Source of the DNA: Octopus vulgaris
Lineage: Eukaryota
NCBI GenBank assembly: GCA_951406725.2
Contig: OX597828.1
Location: 29,202,001 to 29,266,000, forward strand
Direction: 5' to 3'
Length of the DNA: 64,000 nt
The translations under genes were made by a program, and so were the position numbers. Positions within the stretch are counted from its first letter, which is position 1, and each line of letters starts with the position of its first letter. Below, in pieces: positions 1-11,949 of the stretch. Under the pieces are notes generated by a model. It saw nothing but the letters and a program-made list of their open reading frames with translations. It was not told where the DNA came from and searched no databases.

Positions 1-219
1 TCGAAAAAAAATATTTTCTCGAAAAAAATTTTATCAATGGCCAGCATATTAAAAAATACCTTTAACGGTTAAATTTATAAATAATTCATAAATGAGGGCA
101 AAGGAAAAAATTTCTAATGCCAAATATGCCGAGAAATTGGACATATTGTCCATTAACCATATAATTTTTTCACAATACGCACGCTACTCGAAAAAAGGTA
201 AAAAAATTCCATTATTATC

Positions 220-274
220 ATATTGGACCGATTTCAGAGTTAGCTACTAAGAGCCCTCTCTTCGTCAGTAATAC
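220..274 (-). ncRNA. Slightly degenerate hammerhead motif
   Basis: Minus strand GTATTA-CTGACGA-AGAG..(18 nt)..CTCT-GAAA-TCGG-TC-CAATAT. Core intact; the first stem I pair is an A.C mismatch and stem III has a U.G pair. Confidence 0.62.
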
Positions 275-814
275 TTGGCATTAGAAATTTTTTCCTTTGC
301 CCTCATTTATGAATTATATATATATATATATTATACACACACACCCTCACATATGACAGGCTTCTTTTAGTTTCTGTCTACCAAATCTACTCACAAGACT
401 TTAGTCGGCTCAGGGCTCTGACAGAATACACTTGCCCAAGGTGCCATGCAGTGGGGCTGAACCTGGAACCCTGTGATAGGGAAGGAAACTTCTTACTACA
501 GAGCCACAGAGGAGTTCAGTTTATTTATTGATCCCCAGGTACATCTGGATCAGTCAAATATAAGACAATCATCATCATTGTTTAATGTCCGCTTTCTATG
601 CTGTCATGGGTTGGACAATTTGATTGGAAACTGGTAAGCCGGGGAGGGGGACTGTACCAGGTTCCAATCTGATTTGACATGGTTTCTACAGCTGGATGCC
701 CTTCCTAACACTAACCACTCCAAGAGTGTAGTGGGTGCTTTTTATGTGCCACCAACATTGGTCACAGCTACGGTCTCACTTGGCTTGACACGTCAAACAC
801 AAGCATGGTATATC

Positions 815-1048
815 TATTTCTTTACTACCCACAAGGGGCTAAACACAGAGGGGACAAACAAGGACAGACAAACGGATTAAGTCGATTATATCGACCCCAG
901 TGCGTAACTGGTACTTAATTTATCGACCCCCGAAAGGATGATAGGGAAAGTCGACCTCGGAGGAATTTGAACTCAGGACGTAACGGCAGACGAAATACGG
1001 CTACGCATTTCGCCCGGCGTGCTAACGTTTCTGCCAGCTCGCCGCCTT
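815..1048 (-). mobile_element. Young tRNA-headed SINE, family A (Meta-domain-like)
   Basis: A/B-box-like head, central GCCTTTCATCCTTTCGGGGTCGATAAATTAAGTACCAG domain; 16-bp TSD ACAAGCATGGTATATC at 799 and 1049. Confidence 0.85.
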
Positions 1049-1110
1049 ACAAGCATGGTATATCGCTGAGGCCTCCTTGAGGCCCAATGCACAGTCAGAT
1101 GGTACTGGCA

Positions 1111-1341
1111 GGCGGCAAGCTGGCAGAAACGTTAGCACACCGGGCGAAATGCGTAGCCATATTTCGTCTGCCGTTACGTTCTGGGTTCAAATTCCGCCGA
1201 GGTCGACTTTGCCTTTCATCCTTTCGGGGTCGATAAATTAAGTACCAGTTACGCACTGGGGTCGATATAATCGACTTAATACCTATGTCTGTCCTTGTTT
1301 GTCCCCTCTATGTTTAGCCCCTTGTGGGTGGTAAAGAAATA
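1111..1341 (+). mobile_element. Young SINE, family A
   Basis: Near-identical inverted partner of 815-1048; TSD GGTACTGGCA at 1101 and 1342. Further family A copies near 2120, 8405, 17820, 19980, 26070, 34890, 35380, 51375, 53318 and 58465. Confidence 0.85.
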
Positions 1342-1668
1342 GGTACTGGCATCGGCCATGACTACGATTTCACTCAGTTCAATAGGTCTTCACAAGCACA
1401 GCGTATCGCCCAACAATTGGAGGGTGCTTTTCACAGGCCAGTTATGTGACACAGGCATTGACCACAACTACGATCTCACTTGGTCTCACATCACTGTCTC
1501 CACGAGGCCCAATGCACGAACGGTGCTTTTCAAGTGCCAGTCAGACAGCACTGGCATCAGCAACAACTGCAATTTCACTTGTCACTTCAGAAGGTAGCAA
1601 TATTCGGCCATCAAACATGAGCATGGAGAAAAGATCCAGCCATTCTTATTAACACAGCTATGGTAACA

Positions 1669-2036
1669 GAAAAACGACGACGCCGTGGTGATCTCATTCT
1701 TGCTCACAACATCATAAGCGGAAAGTGTAACCTCTCGAAAGAGCTGTTCTTCACTCCTGCTCCAGAGCGTCGGCTGCGGGGTCACTCCAAAAAGCTCTAT
1801 CTGTGATGATTTCATCTCGATCGAAGGAGAGGGGCTTTCTCCATCCGGGTTGCGGATCCGTGGAATAAGCTGCCGGACGAGATAGTGAAAATGCAGATGA
1901 CCGCTTGGTTCAAAGTCTCTCTTGACCAGAAATGGCCTGAACTCTTTGCATGAACACCCTCCCTGTACATAACTCCATGTCCCCCTACATGGCCTTGCTT
2001 TTTGCTTTTTGAGCCAAAAAATTAACTTAACTTAAC
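1669..2036 (+). mobile_element. CR1-clade LINE 3' fragment
   Basis: EKRRRRGDLILAHNIISG...RLRGHSKKLYL**FHLDRRRGAFSIRVADPWNKLPDEIV...FKVSLDQKW is a typical CR1 ORF2 C-terminus; short 3' UTR and (TTAAC)n tail. Confidence 0.85.
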
Positions 2037-2583
2037 ACATGATAGTTGTAAATGAGTGCCACTATAATGCAAGCAGAGTTCTTTATTTCCAATATTCTGT
2101 GATATTAAGACTGCAGCCTGGTAGAATCGTTAACATGCCAGGCACAATGCTTAGCAGTATTTCGTATGTCTTTATGTTGTCAGTTCAAATTCTGCCAAGG
2201 TCGACTTTGCCTTTCATCTTTTAGGTGGGGGGTCAATAAAATAAGTACCAGTTGTGTACTGAGGTTGATGTAATTATCTTAACCCCCCCAACCAACTTCC
2301 ATCCCATGAAGTTACTGGCCTTGTGTCAAATTTTGAAAACAATACTCTATGATATTCTGGTCTTGGGGAAATATTACATTACCTGGAAAGAGGTGAGGGC
2401 TGGCAGCAGGAAAAGGATCCGGCCATAGAAAATCTACCTCAACAAATTCTGTCTGACCCATGCAAGCATAGAAAAGTGGACGTTAATGTGATGATGACAA
2501 TGATGATGAAGCAACTATGAAAATAGAGATACAGAAAGTTTTCTTGTGAGGAGATTGTGCAAGAAAGATGAAGCGTTCCACTA

Positions 2584-2769
<186 letters not shown>

Positions 2770-4650
2770 TTACAGAAGCACAATTATGGTAGAGAAAAGA
2801 CAAAATGAGAAGAATTTTGACACTGGGATGTTCTTATATTTTGATTGAAACACTTTGAAATAATGAAATGTGCTCCCAGGAAAAAGTCATCACTTGGGTA
2901 AAAATTCTTCCGGTGTAACCTCCTGGCTTCTCAGACCCCAGTCAAACTGTCCAACCCATACCAGCATGGAAAACGGACGTTAAACGATGATGATGATGAT
3001 GTTCAATTACTGCCACATTGGTATGCAGTTATTCTCTCCTAGTTTCTGTGACATTATCATCTACTCTGCCGTTTAGAACTTGGCAACTGCTCTATGGTTC
3101 TACTTAAATGCCTAAGTCACATCTGTGCTTCATTGCATTTCTTTCTACCATATTCTATTCTAGTTTGCATACACCTCTCTTTATTCCAAACATCCCTGCT
3201 AGAAACGCCTTCTCTTCCATGGCCTCACCGATGCAATGAAAGTGACCAAGACCTCTGGAGATATGCTGTGCTTGAGAGGACCCAGCAAGCCAAGTGAGAC
3301 CATAACCTTGGCCTATGCCATTGCTGTATATTCAGCCCATTTAAGAGTACTCTTCAATCATTGGACAATAAACTATGCTTGCAAAGACCTGTTGAGGCAA
3401 GTGAAATCGCTGTGGTGGCCGATGACAGTACCACCTGATTGGCAGCCGTGCCAGTGGAACGTTAAAAGCACCATTCGAGCGTGATCATTGCCAGGGCCAC
3501 TGACTGGCTCCAGTACCTGTAGCACATAAAAAAAGTACCATTCGAGCGTGGTCATTATCAGTGCCACCAGACTGGCTCCTGTGCAGGTGGCATGTAAAAA
3601 GTACCATTTGAGTGTGGCCAGTGCCAGTACCACCTGACTGGCCCTTGTGCCGGTGGCACATAAAAGGATACACTACATTCTCGGAGTGGTTGGCATTAGG
3701 AAGGGCATCCAGCTGTAGAAACTTTGCCAGATCAGATTGGAGACTAATGCAGCCTTCTCGATCACCAGCCCTCAGTCAAATAGTCCAACCCATGCCAGCA
3801 TGGAAAGCGGATGTTAAACGATGATGATTCTCTCACATTACATTAAAACTCATCCATCCATTTTCACAGCTCATTATTCCTGGGAAGGTCGTTGCAACAG
3901 TCTTCAGGTACCCATTCCAGAGCATTCAATCAGGTGCAATCATCATTGCACTCTCTGGCTGGATTCCCAAGCATGACCAACTGAAACAATGGATATTATC
4001 CAACCATCTAATTCTGGGTCTGCTCCCTAGATCTTCAGCTTGTTAACTTAGCTTAAAGAATCTGATCCCTTCTTGCAACAACCTAACTACATGTCTGAGC
4101 TGTAACTTCTATGTGGAGAAGTAGTGGCCCAACTAAATTCTTTGTCATTGTTTAACCTTCCATGCTGACATGGGTTGGACAGTATCTGAAGAACCAGTGG
4201 ACCATTTATGGAGTGTACTTGCTACTTTTCATTTGGCACCAGCGCTAGTGTTATGCAAGACAAGAACTCTTCCACTGAGCAGGGGTGTAGTAATGAGGTA
4301 GGCGACTTTATGCCAGGCGTTGACAGATTAAAGTATGACAGTGGGACAGGAACAGGTATCTTGCTGTAGAGGAGATACATGGCTACCACAGCTGGAAAAA
4401 GAGGAAAGCGATGGTGAGGATGAGAAGCCAGGTAGTGCTTCTCAAGGTAGAAGAAGGTTGATAAATTGAAACTACGGCAGTTTATTTCAACAGAAATACA
4501 ACAACAAACGTGGTTAATGGGAAATCAGAAAGTAGGTGTTGATGGAACCAAAGATAATAACACTAATTCATTTAGAACAATTTCAGCAAATTCTTCATTT
4601 TTTTTTGGTTTTTTTTAATCCTATCGTTATGAATGATTCTTAAGACTTAC

Positions 4651-5209
4651 CTAAAAGATCAGTTTTGTGAATCTTGGGAGATGGAAATGTACCGGTATTT
4701 CCACGTTTAAAGCAGTAAACTTTCAGATGTTCTGGGAGAGCTGAAATACTGCAAGGAACCACTTTTAATGCAATGTTCTGTGGCATATACACACTTTGTT
4801 CCAATTCTTCTTTCTTCTGAAGCTGTTTAGATGAATATACTTTCTTCACTGGTAAAAATGCAGTCAAATTAGTGCGATTATGGTCTTCAACATCTGAATC
4901 ATCGGAACCAACAGTGTTCTCTACAATTGATTCTGAAATATCACTTATTTTGCTTCTCTCAACAGAATCTTCATGTAACAGAGGTTCTGTAGCCTTAGCA
5001 CGCTGAATAATATCATGACAGCCAAGTTTCTCAAGAAACTTGGTGGTGTCTTCAACGAAGCTGAAGTTATTGACAAGAGCACAGTATTTATGATTTGAGA
5101 GGAGAGAAATCCGAATTGAAGGCCAGAGTTTCCCATAAAGTGGTTTGTAGAACACATCAAAATATTCAAGGGCACGGTCACAGTGTGTTTTTTCTTTGAA
5201 GTGAGTTGC
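4651..5209 (-). CDS. NSUN4: NSUN4 coding exon 2
   Basis: Acceptor ttatcattatag, donor G|gtaagt, 559 nt. ATHFKEKTHCDRALEYFDVFYKPLYGKLWPSIRISLLSNHKYCALVNNF...LKVYCFKRGNTGTFPSP corresponds to human NSUN4 [24 protein letters not shown]...LRCFTFDRGDISRFPP. Confidence 0.95.
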
Positions 5210-5237
5210 CTATAATGATAAAAAACAAAAATATATA

Positions 5238-5662
5238 TTCTTTTATTCTTTTACTTGTTTCTGTCATTTTACTGTGGCCATGCTGGAGCACCACCTTTAG
5301 TAAAGCGAATCGACCCCAGGACTTACTCTTTGTAAGCCAAATACTTATTCTATCAGTATCTTTTGCCGAACCGCTAAGTTAGGGGGATGTAAACACACCA
5401 GCATCGGTTGTCAAGAGATGTTGGGGGGGACAAACACTGACACACTAACATATACACACACACACACACACATACATACATATATATATATATATGTATA
5501 CGATGGGCTTCTTTCAGTTTCCGTCTACCAAATTCACTCACAAGGCTTTGGTCGGCCCGAGGCTATAGTAGAAGACACTTGCCCAAGGTGCCACATAGAG
5601 GGACTGAACCCAGAACCATGTGGTTGGTAAGCAAGCTACTTACCACACAGCCACTCCTGCAC
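5238..5662 (-). mobile_element. SINE family B, full length
   Basis: Reverse complement of 29382-29778; ends about 30 bp from the NSUN4 exon 2 acceptor. Confidence 0.82.
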
Positions 5663-5682
5663 TTATAAATAAAGCACTAAGG

Positions 5683-5753
<71 letters not shown>

Positions 5754-5884
5754 GATGAGTGTATTTTTACCTTGTTAACAATTAACACGGAAAAAAAATA
5801 AATAGTTACCAGGGCAGTGGAATTTTCGAAACATGTGTCGAAAGTAAAAATATTTGATTACACCTGCGTTAACTCCATTTTTTA

Positions 5885-5923
<39 letters not shown>

Positions 5924-6542
5924 TAATTTTAAATATAACAAAGAATTTAGTAAAATAATTTAGTTATCATTAAGCTAGTGTTAAGGACATAAATTGTGAT
6001 GAAGGTTAGGTGGAAGATTTTAATTCAGAACTTTTGCAAACAAGACATTTGTATTACAGAGCCAGAGGTGGTTTCAGGTGGGTTGGTATCATAAGGGTTA
6101 ATACTGTGTCTACATCACAGTTTTTAGATAACATGCATAGGCCAGGTTAGAATCGGTGAACCATATATCCCTGCATGTCACAAGAGGTGAGTAGGAGGGC
6201 TCATATCAGACAGGGCATTAAGTTGTAAAAACATTGCTTCAAAAAGTCCTTTCTATCCCATGCCAATATGGAAAAACATACTTGTGGTCTTGGATTCAGT
6301 CAGTCTCACTCTATAGCACCTTGGGAAACTGAAAGAAGCCTGTCATATATATTTATATACATGTTAGTGTCTGCCTTTGTTTTTTCAGTTTCTACCCCAT
6401 CTCCCCTTAACAACCAGTGTTGATTTGAACCCCAAAACACATGTTTGCAAAGTGAACTTCTTAACCACACAGCCATTCCGTAAAACAAAACATGAAAATT
6501 CCAAACATGTTCATTTAGACATAATTATTTCAGCAAAAAGTG

Positions 6543-6865
6543 AGGGCGCATGGCTTAGTGGTTAGGGCATTCGGCTCATGATCGTAAGGTTGTGAGTTCG
6601 ATTCCCGGCAACGCGTTGTGTTCTTGAGCAAGACACTTTATTTCACGTTGCTCCAGTCCACTCAGCTGGCAAAAATGAGTTGTACTTGTATTTCAAAGGG
6701 TCAGCCTTGTCACTCTCTGTGTCACGCTGATTATCCCCGAGAACTATGTTAAGGGTACACGTGTCTGTGGAATGCTCAGCCATTTGCACGTTAATTTCAC
6801 GAGCAAGCTGTTCCGTTGATCGTATCAGCTGGGACCCTCGTCGTCGTAACCGGCGGAGTCTTTAG
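6543..6865 (+). mobile_element. tRNA-derived SINE, family D
   Basis: A box TGGCTTAGTGG and B box GAGTTCGATTC followed by GTGTTCTTGAGCAAGACACTT. Degenerate relatives near 32100-32540 and 46340-46635(-). Confidence 0.75.
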
Positions 6866-7072
6866 AATTTCAGCAAAGACCTAACAAGAGAAAAAAAAAT
6901 ACCAGAAAAATCTCAATATATATTTGGATATTGCTGCTTTTTCTAATGAATTTTTTGTATTTGCTGAATCTAGAGAAAAGGGCCATGGCCTTTGCAGGTG
7001 ATCCCCGACTGGTGAGATTAATGTGATTAATGTTTCTCTGTGAAGCTTTGTAAGTCAAAACAGATATAAAAG

Positions 7073-7235
7073 ACATCTACTCGCAATACCAGAGGGAGCA
7101 CACTCTCCTACCCTGATGTAATCTACAGGCATCCAGCAACAGGACCTCCGTAATGCCATGATGGACCGTGAAGTCTGGCGTAGCATTGTAAATTCCATTG
7201 TCTCAACCACGGTCGAACAATGATGATGATGATGA
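7073..7235 (+). mobile_element. RTE-clade LINE 3' end (same family as 62475-62852)
   Basis: Near-identical to 62685-62852 with a small deletion; (GAT)n tail. Confidence 0.8.
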
Positions 7236-7835
7236 TAGTAGAAATTCTTGAGATGACATTCTAGGAAGGAAAGACTGGATATAACCCAGGGCCTAATGTA
7301 TGAAGAAGATTAATGTACAAATCACTGATGGATGTAGTGATTAGTACTGGACACAGCAAGGAGAGGAGGAGAGATGAGTGGAGCAGGAATACCTGAATGG
7401 GGGTAGCATGATTGCAGCCGGATCCAAGGAGCAGAGGCCATCATGCACTCAAATTATTGGAAATTTGCCACTACAATACGATGTAATAGCATCCATCTAT
7501 TTTATGAGCCAACGAATAAACATCTACATAGCTGTTTGATCGGCTAGAAATAGCAGTCAAATCTTTCTTATTTTACACTGGACAGTCATAAAAAAGAAAA
7601 GACATATTAATTTATGTGCTCTGAAATACCATAATGCTCAGGTGAATATAGCTGGAATGCTTTTGATCACAAGTCTACTAAACTAGGCTGACCTGGGGCT
7701 GAACAGTAACGACATGCCAACACTAGCACCTATCACAGTTTAACATTATACAAACAAATATGTTCATATTTATATGATTTAAAGGCGATCCTTGTAAATG
7801 TTTCTCTTCCCCATCTCTCTCTGTAAACAGACAGC

Positions 7836-7839
7836 AGAT

Positions 7840-7898
<59 letters not shown>

Positions 7899-7905
7899 CA
7901 GACAG
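7836..7905. repeat. (GATA)n microsatellite
   Basis: Direct reading. Confidence 0.95.
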
Positions 7906-8804
7906 ACACAGAATTTTGGGCCTGTCACAAGCCTACAAGCTCCTACGGCCAGAGCAAAGCTACAAAAAGTACAACACTCCTCCACCCCGTATCAGAAACT
8001 CATTTTCATCCGAGGGTATTGAAGCAACGTGAAATGAAATATTTTGTTGCAGAAACACAATGCATTGCCTGGTGTGAACCACCACCGCACGAACCCGAGA
8101 CCAACACAATACGCCTTCACAGCTCGCATACACACAATATCACAACAGTAATTTTAGAGGGAGTGGCAAGTCGATCACATCGACCCCAGTGCTTGACTGG
8201 TACCTACAATATCACACTAATAAAAAGTGTAAATGTGACATTGTATATGTTTTTAAGGGCTGGAATGACTACTACGGTGCAGCCGTTTAATCGTAACACG
8301 CAATTCATAATCAAGCCACTCGCCAACGAATAGGGAGCTTCTTCAGAAATGCACCTCTCCGATGTCGTTAGGGGTTAATGTAAGGGTGGCACCACTTAAA
8401 TATATATTTCTTTACTACCCACAAGGGGCTAAACACAGAGGGGACAAACAAGGACAGACAAAGGGATTAAGTCGATTACATCGACCCCAGTACGTAACTA
8501 GTACTTAATTTATCGACCCCGAAAGGATGAAAGGCAAAGTTGACCTCGGCGGAATTTGAACTCGGAATACGGCTACGCATTTCGCTCGGCGTGCTAACGT
8601 TTCTGCCAGCTCGCACTACTTAAATATAGAGGTCCCGATGCATCTACGTAACGATATGAAGGTGAGATAAGGAACATCTTATAATCCTCACTAATTTACA
8701 AATAAGGGATTTTAAATTCCAGCGGCTACCAGATTAGTTAGTTTGCTGGTAATTGTGCACTGACTAGTTACACACAAATAAACTTATTTCATTTATACTA
8801 ATTT

Positions 8805-9024
8805 GCAAGTGGGTGCTGGAAAGTTCCTGCCTTTAGGGGTATCAAGAAAGGCTTGGTTTTGAGGCCCGGTATTCCGTGTTCTTTTAAGGGCTTAGAAAGA
8901 CTGAAGGACAGTGGCAATAAGTGTGTGAATCCGAGAGGGGAATATGTTGAATAAACGCATAATTAACTGATACCTCCTGTATTTTCTTTTACCCAAAGCC
9001 AGGAAGTTTTCAGCACCCCTCGTA
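8805..9024 (+). mobile_element. Mariner-derived MITE
   Basis: TIRs GGGTGCTG(G)AAAGTTCCTG / CAGGAAGTTTTCAGCACCCCTCGTA; internal KCVNPRGEYVE* remnant. Inverted copy at 44311-44534. Confidence 0.72.
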
Positions 9025-9269
9025 TCGTACAAGTACCTGTATATCAATTATCTAAGTAAATTTAATGTTTGTTTAATTTATAGTGTTACAATCCCTAGTT
9101 CGAAAAACAATCAGGAATCCGGAATGGCTTTGGAACAATAATTTTGGAACATAAATTCCGGAAAATCAATGTTTTACTTATAGTTAGAAATTTATAAAGT
9201 TTCGTCAAATTTTGTAAACAAACGGTCCCCTTAATTACATACACACAAATTACAGAAATGAATAAATAC

Positions 9270-9377
9270 CCATTTCTTTTTATATCTAAACCGTCTCGGT
9301 TGAATCAATAAGTCTGTATATCGTGTCAGTGTTGTTTGATGACAACGAAACATCGTTGACAACGAATTGGTGAACAT
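9270..9377 (-). CDS. NSUN4: NSUN4 coding exon 1 (mitochondrial presequence)
   Basis: Reads MFTNSLSTMFRCHQTTLTRYTDLLIQPRRFRYKKKW then GT donor (gtattt). RRxRYKKKW matches human NSUN4 RRHRYKKKW. In-frame TAA lies three codons upstream of ATG 9377; a second in-frame ATG is at 9353. Phase 0 joins exon 2. Confidence 0.92.
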
Positions 9378-9422
9378 ATTCCTTTAATTTCTTCTTTTCT
9401 CATGCCGTCAAGGACATGCGGT

Positions 9423-9490
9423 CGGAAGAGCGGAAGTTTAGTTTATAATTAAAATACCGCAGTAACTGTTCGGCCGAACTCTGTGATTGG
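9423..9490 (-). promoter_or_regulatory. Putative NSUN4 proximal promoter (tandem ETS sites plus CCAAT box)
   Basis: CGGAAG at 9423 and 9431 and ATTGG at 9486, in a locally CpG-rich patch 45-110 bp upstream of the ATG. Confidence 0.55.
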
Positions 9491-9824
9491 TTAATAATTA
9501 ATTGCCACTAAAAGTACATGTCTCTTTCTTGAAATATACAACAGCAGACGGGCGACAAGCAATTTGGCAAGTGGAAACAAAACTGACACCCAAACAGTTT
9601 ACAGATCTTGTTAAATTTTCCCCCCCAACCACTTCAAATTGTCTCCAGATTATTTTCTAAGAATGCGATTTTCATCACCAGCATGCTAAATTACAGTTTT
9701 TGAAAAACATTGGAAGAAAAAAATTTAACAAGATCTCTGGCTTCACCTTTTTTTTTTTTCTTTTTCTTATAGTTATCGGCAATTCAACTTTACTCAACGT
9801 CTTGCAAAAATTAAAAACTTCTGG

Positions 9825-10234
9825 GGATCTTTTCGGTTTGAACGGCAATTTTTTCTAGCGGTGTCATATGAAATTGTCACCCATAATTATGACCCTAGTA
9901 TCGATCTATTGCATTTCAATCTATTTTAGGGTTAGGGTTAGTTAGGGGTGGGGGAAGGGTATCTTTTTTCTTCACAAATGTAAATAAACCCAATCTGTTT
10001 TTTAAACGATTCATACGACACAGAATGTTGTTTACCTCAATGGACGTCAGTGATTGGTTGGAATTGCAGAAATTGAAGGAAAAAACAACAAATATCTCAC
10101 AAACTATAAAATTTTCTCAATAAAGCCAAGAGAAAAAGATGTTTTATAAACACATTCTACCAGTATACGAAGTTTAAATTTTTTTAGTTACCTAGAAATT
10201 ATGTTAAAAACTGCCGTTCAAACCGAAAAGATCC
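9825..10234. mobile_element. MITE with GG..CC termini and 8-bp TSD (Merlin-like), internal TTAGGG repeats
   Basis: TIR GGATCTTTTCGGTTTGAACGGCA / TGCCGTTCAAACCGAAAAGATCC; TSD ACTTCTGG at 9817 and 10235. Confidence 0.85.
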
Positions 10235-10764
10235 ACTTCTGGTTACAATGAACTTCAAGTTGTTTTTATTTAAGTTATGTTTATAGAAAATAAAAGAAAA
10301 AATTAATATATATTTCCTTTCTGGTTAGTTGGCTGTCAGTATGGAAGCCTGTTACATGCGTGTGTCTTTTTGTTTGTCCCACCATCACTTGCCAATAGGT
10401 ATTGGTTTGTTTACGTTCTCATAGCTTCGCTATTTGGCAACAAAGTATGATAGAATAGAAATAAGTACCAGACTTTAAAAATATGTACTAGCTTTAATTT
10501 TTTTCCATTAAACTTTCCAAGATAGTGCTCCAGCATGGTCACAGTGTAATGACTGAAACAAGTAAAAGGTAAAATCTGAGTGGTTGGCAGCCCCCTTCCA
10601 ATTCCCTTATCCTTAAAAGCATAAGAATGAAGCAGGGTTAGAGTAATTTAGTCCAAAATTTGAACCAAGTTGTCTGTACATTAACTTAAAGTAAATCTGA
10701 TTCTTTTAGGCTGACCAAAGTCTCCCAAGCACACAAAATTCCTCTTTAAGCTGGGACTCTGGAG

Positions 10765-11080
10765 CAGGGGTTCTCAACCATTTTTTATTTATGGACCCCT
10801 TTGATTACTATTTTATCCTGGTGGACACCCATAGCCATTCAATGTTCAAAAACTAGTTTTATAGATAATTCTTTCAAAATTCTTAATTTGTTTTTCACAC
10901 ATTAACTTCTATAGATTGAACTATGTAAAATGTAGAGAAAGAAAGCCTATTATTTCTTGCAATACATACATCTAAAGCAAATTTTTTTCAGTGCCTTTAA
11001 AATAGTACTGTGAATCCCCTATTTACTATATTGTGTGGACCTAACAAAAATCTTATATGGACTCCAGTTGAGAACCATTG
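10765..11080. mobile_element. hAT-like MITE
   Basis: CAGGGGTTCTCAAC...GTTGAGAACCATTG termini with subterminal GGACCC-like motifs; TSD degraded. Confidence 0.6.
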
Positions 11081-11949
11081 GTCAGGAACAAAAAGATAGG
11101 AAAAACAGACAACTCTCTCAAGTATAGATAAACCATCTTGCAGTTGATGCCAATAGGAAAGGGAAGTTATATTGGAAAACTTTGAACATTTGCAACAAAC
11201 TTGCCTTTCAACTGAGTTGGAAGTGAACAAAACCAAAACCAAACCAAACATCAAGGCTTATACAACTGGTTTAAAACTGCATTAAAAGTTCCACAAAGAC
11301 ATTAAGGGGAGAGAAGAATCGTCATTCAGTGAAGGAACACAATTATTGAAGGGTTGACAAAGAACGCTGGCAATGATCTCTTAGCAGAAAGTACTTATCA
11401 TTCCGTTATGATACTGGACAAAACCAAAAACTAATCACATCTTTATTTTCACTGTATTTATGAACTGAGCTATTGGCACATGTGTTTAATATAATCAGGA
11501 TTAGTATAGACATTCCACTACTAAGTCCAGTCAGCAGAATGTAAGCACCTGGTAGGGCCTTTCATGTTGGGTAGGTCGTAGGATAGGGGTCAGACTATTA
11601 TGGTCCATCTCTTCTCAGAGATAAAATGAGTTTGCATAAGGTGAACAACCCCATGTAGAAAAAGTAAAGTTACAGAAGCATGAATAACAATCCAAAACCT
11701 GCCAGACCTGAGAGAGAACAGGCCAGAGTTGAGAACAGTGGGGAGAGGTCACCAATGCCCTATGCTCCACATGAGCAAAGGACTTAAGTTGTAAGTAGTA
11801 GCACAAACATCAAGCATTGAAAAGCATGGCAACTTGCACTTCTAAGCATCAATATCGCAGCCATCTCTACTGAAATATATCAAATTCATTTGGTACATTG
11901 AATTATTGTTTTAGTAACAAAGTGGAAAGCCTGTATTTTTTATAATTGA

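Noticed and set aside
6543-6615. tRNA gene
   Set aside because: A and B boxes are present, but the sequence runs into a SINE body with no clean cloverleaf or terminator, and degenerate copies occur elsewhere.
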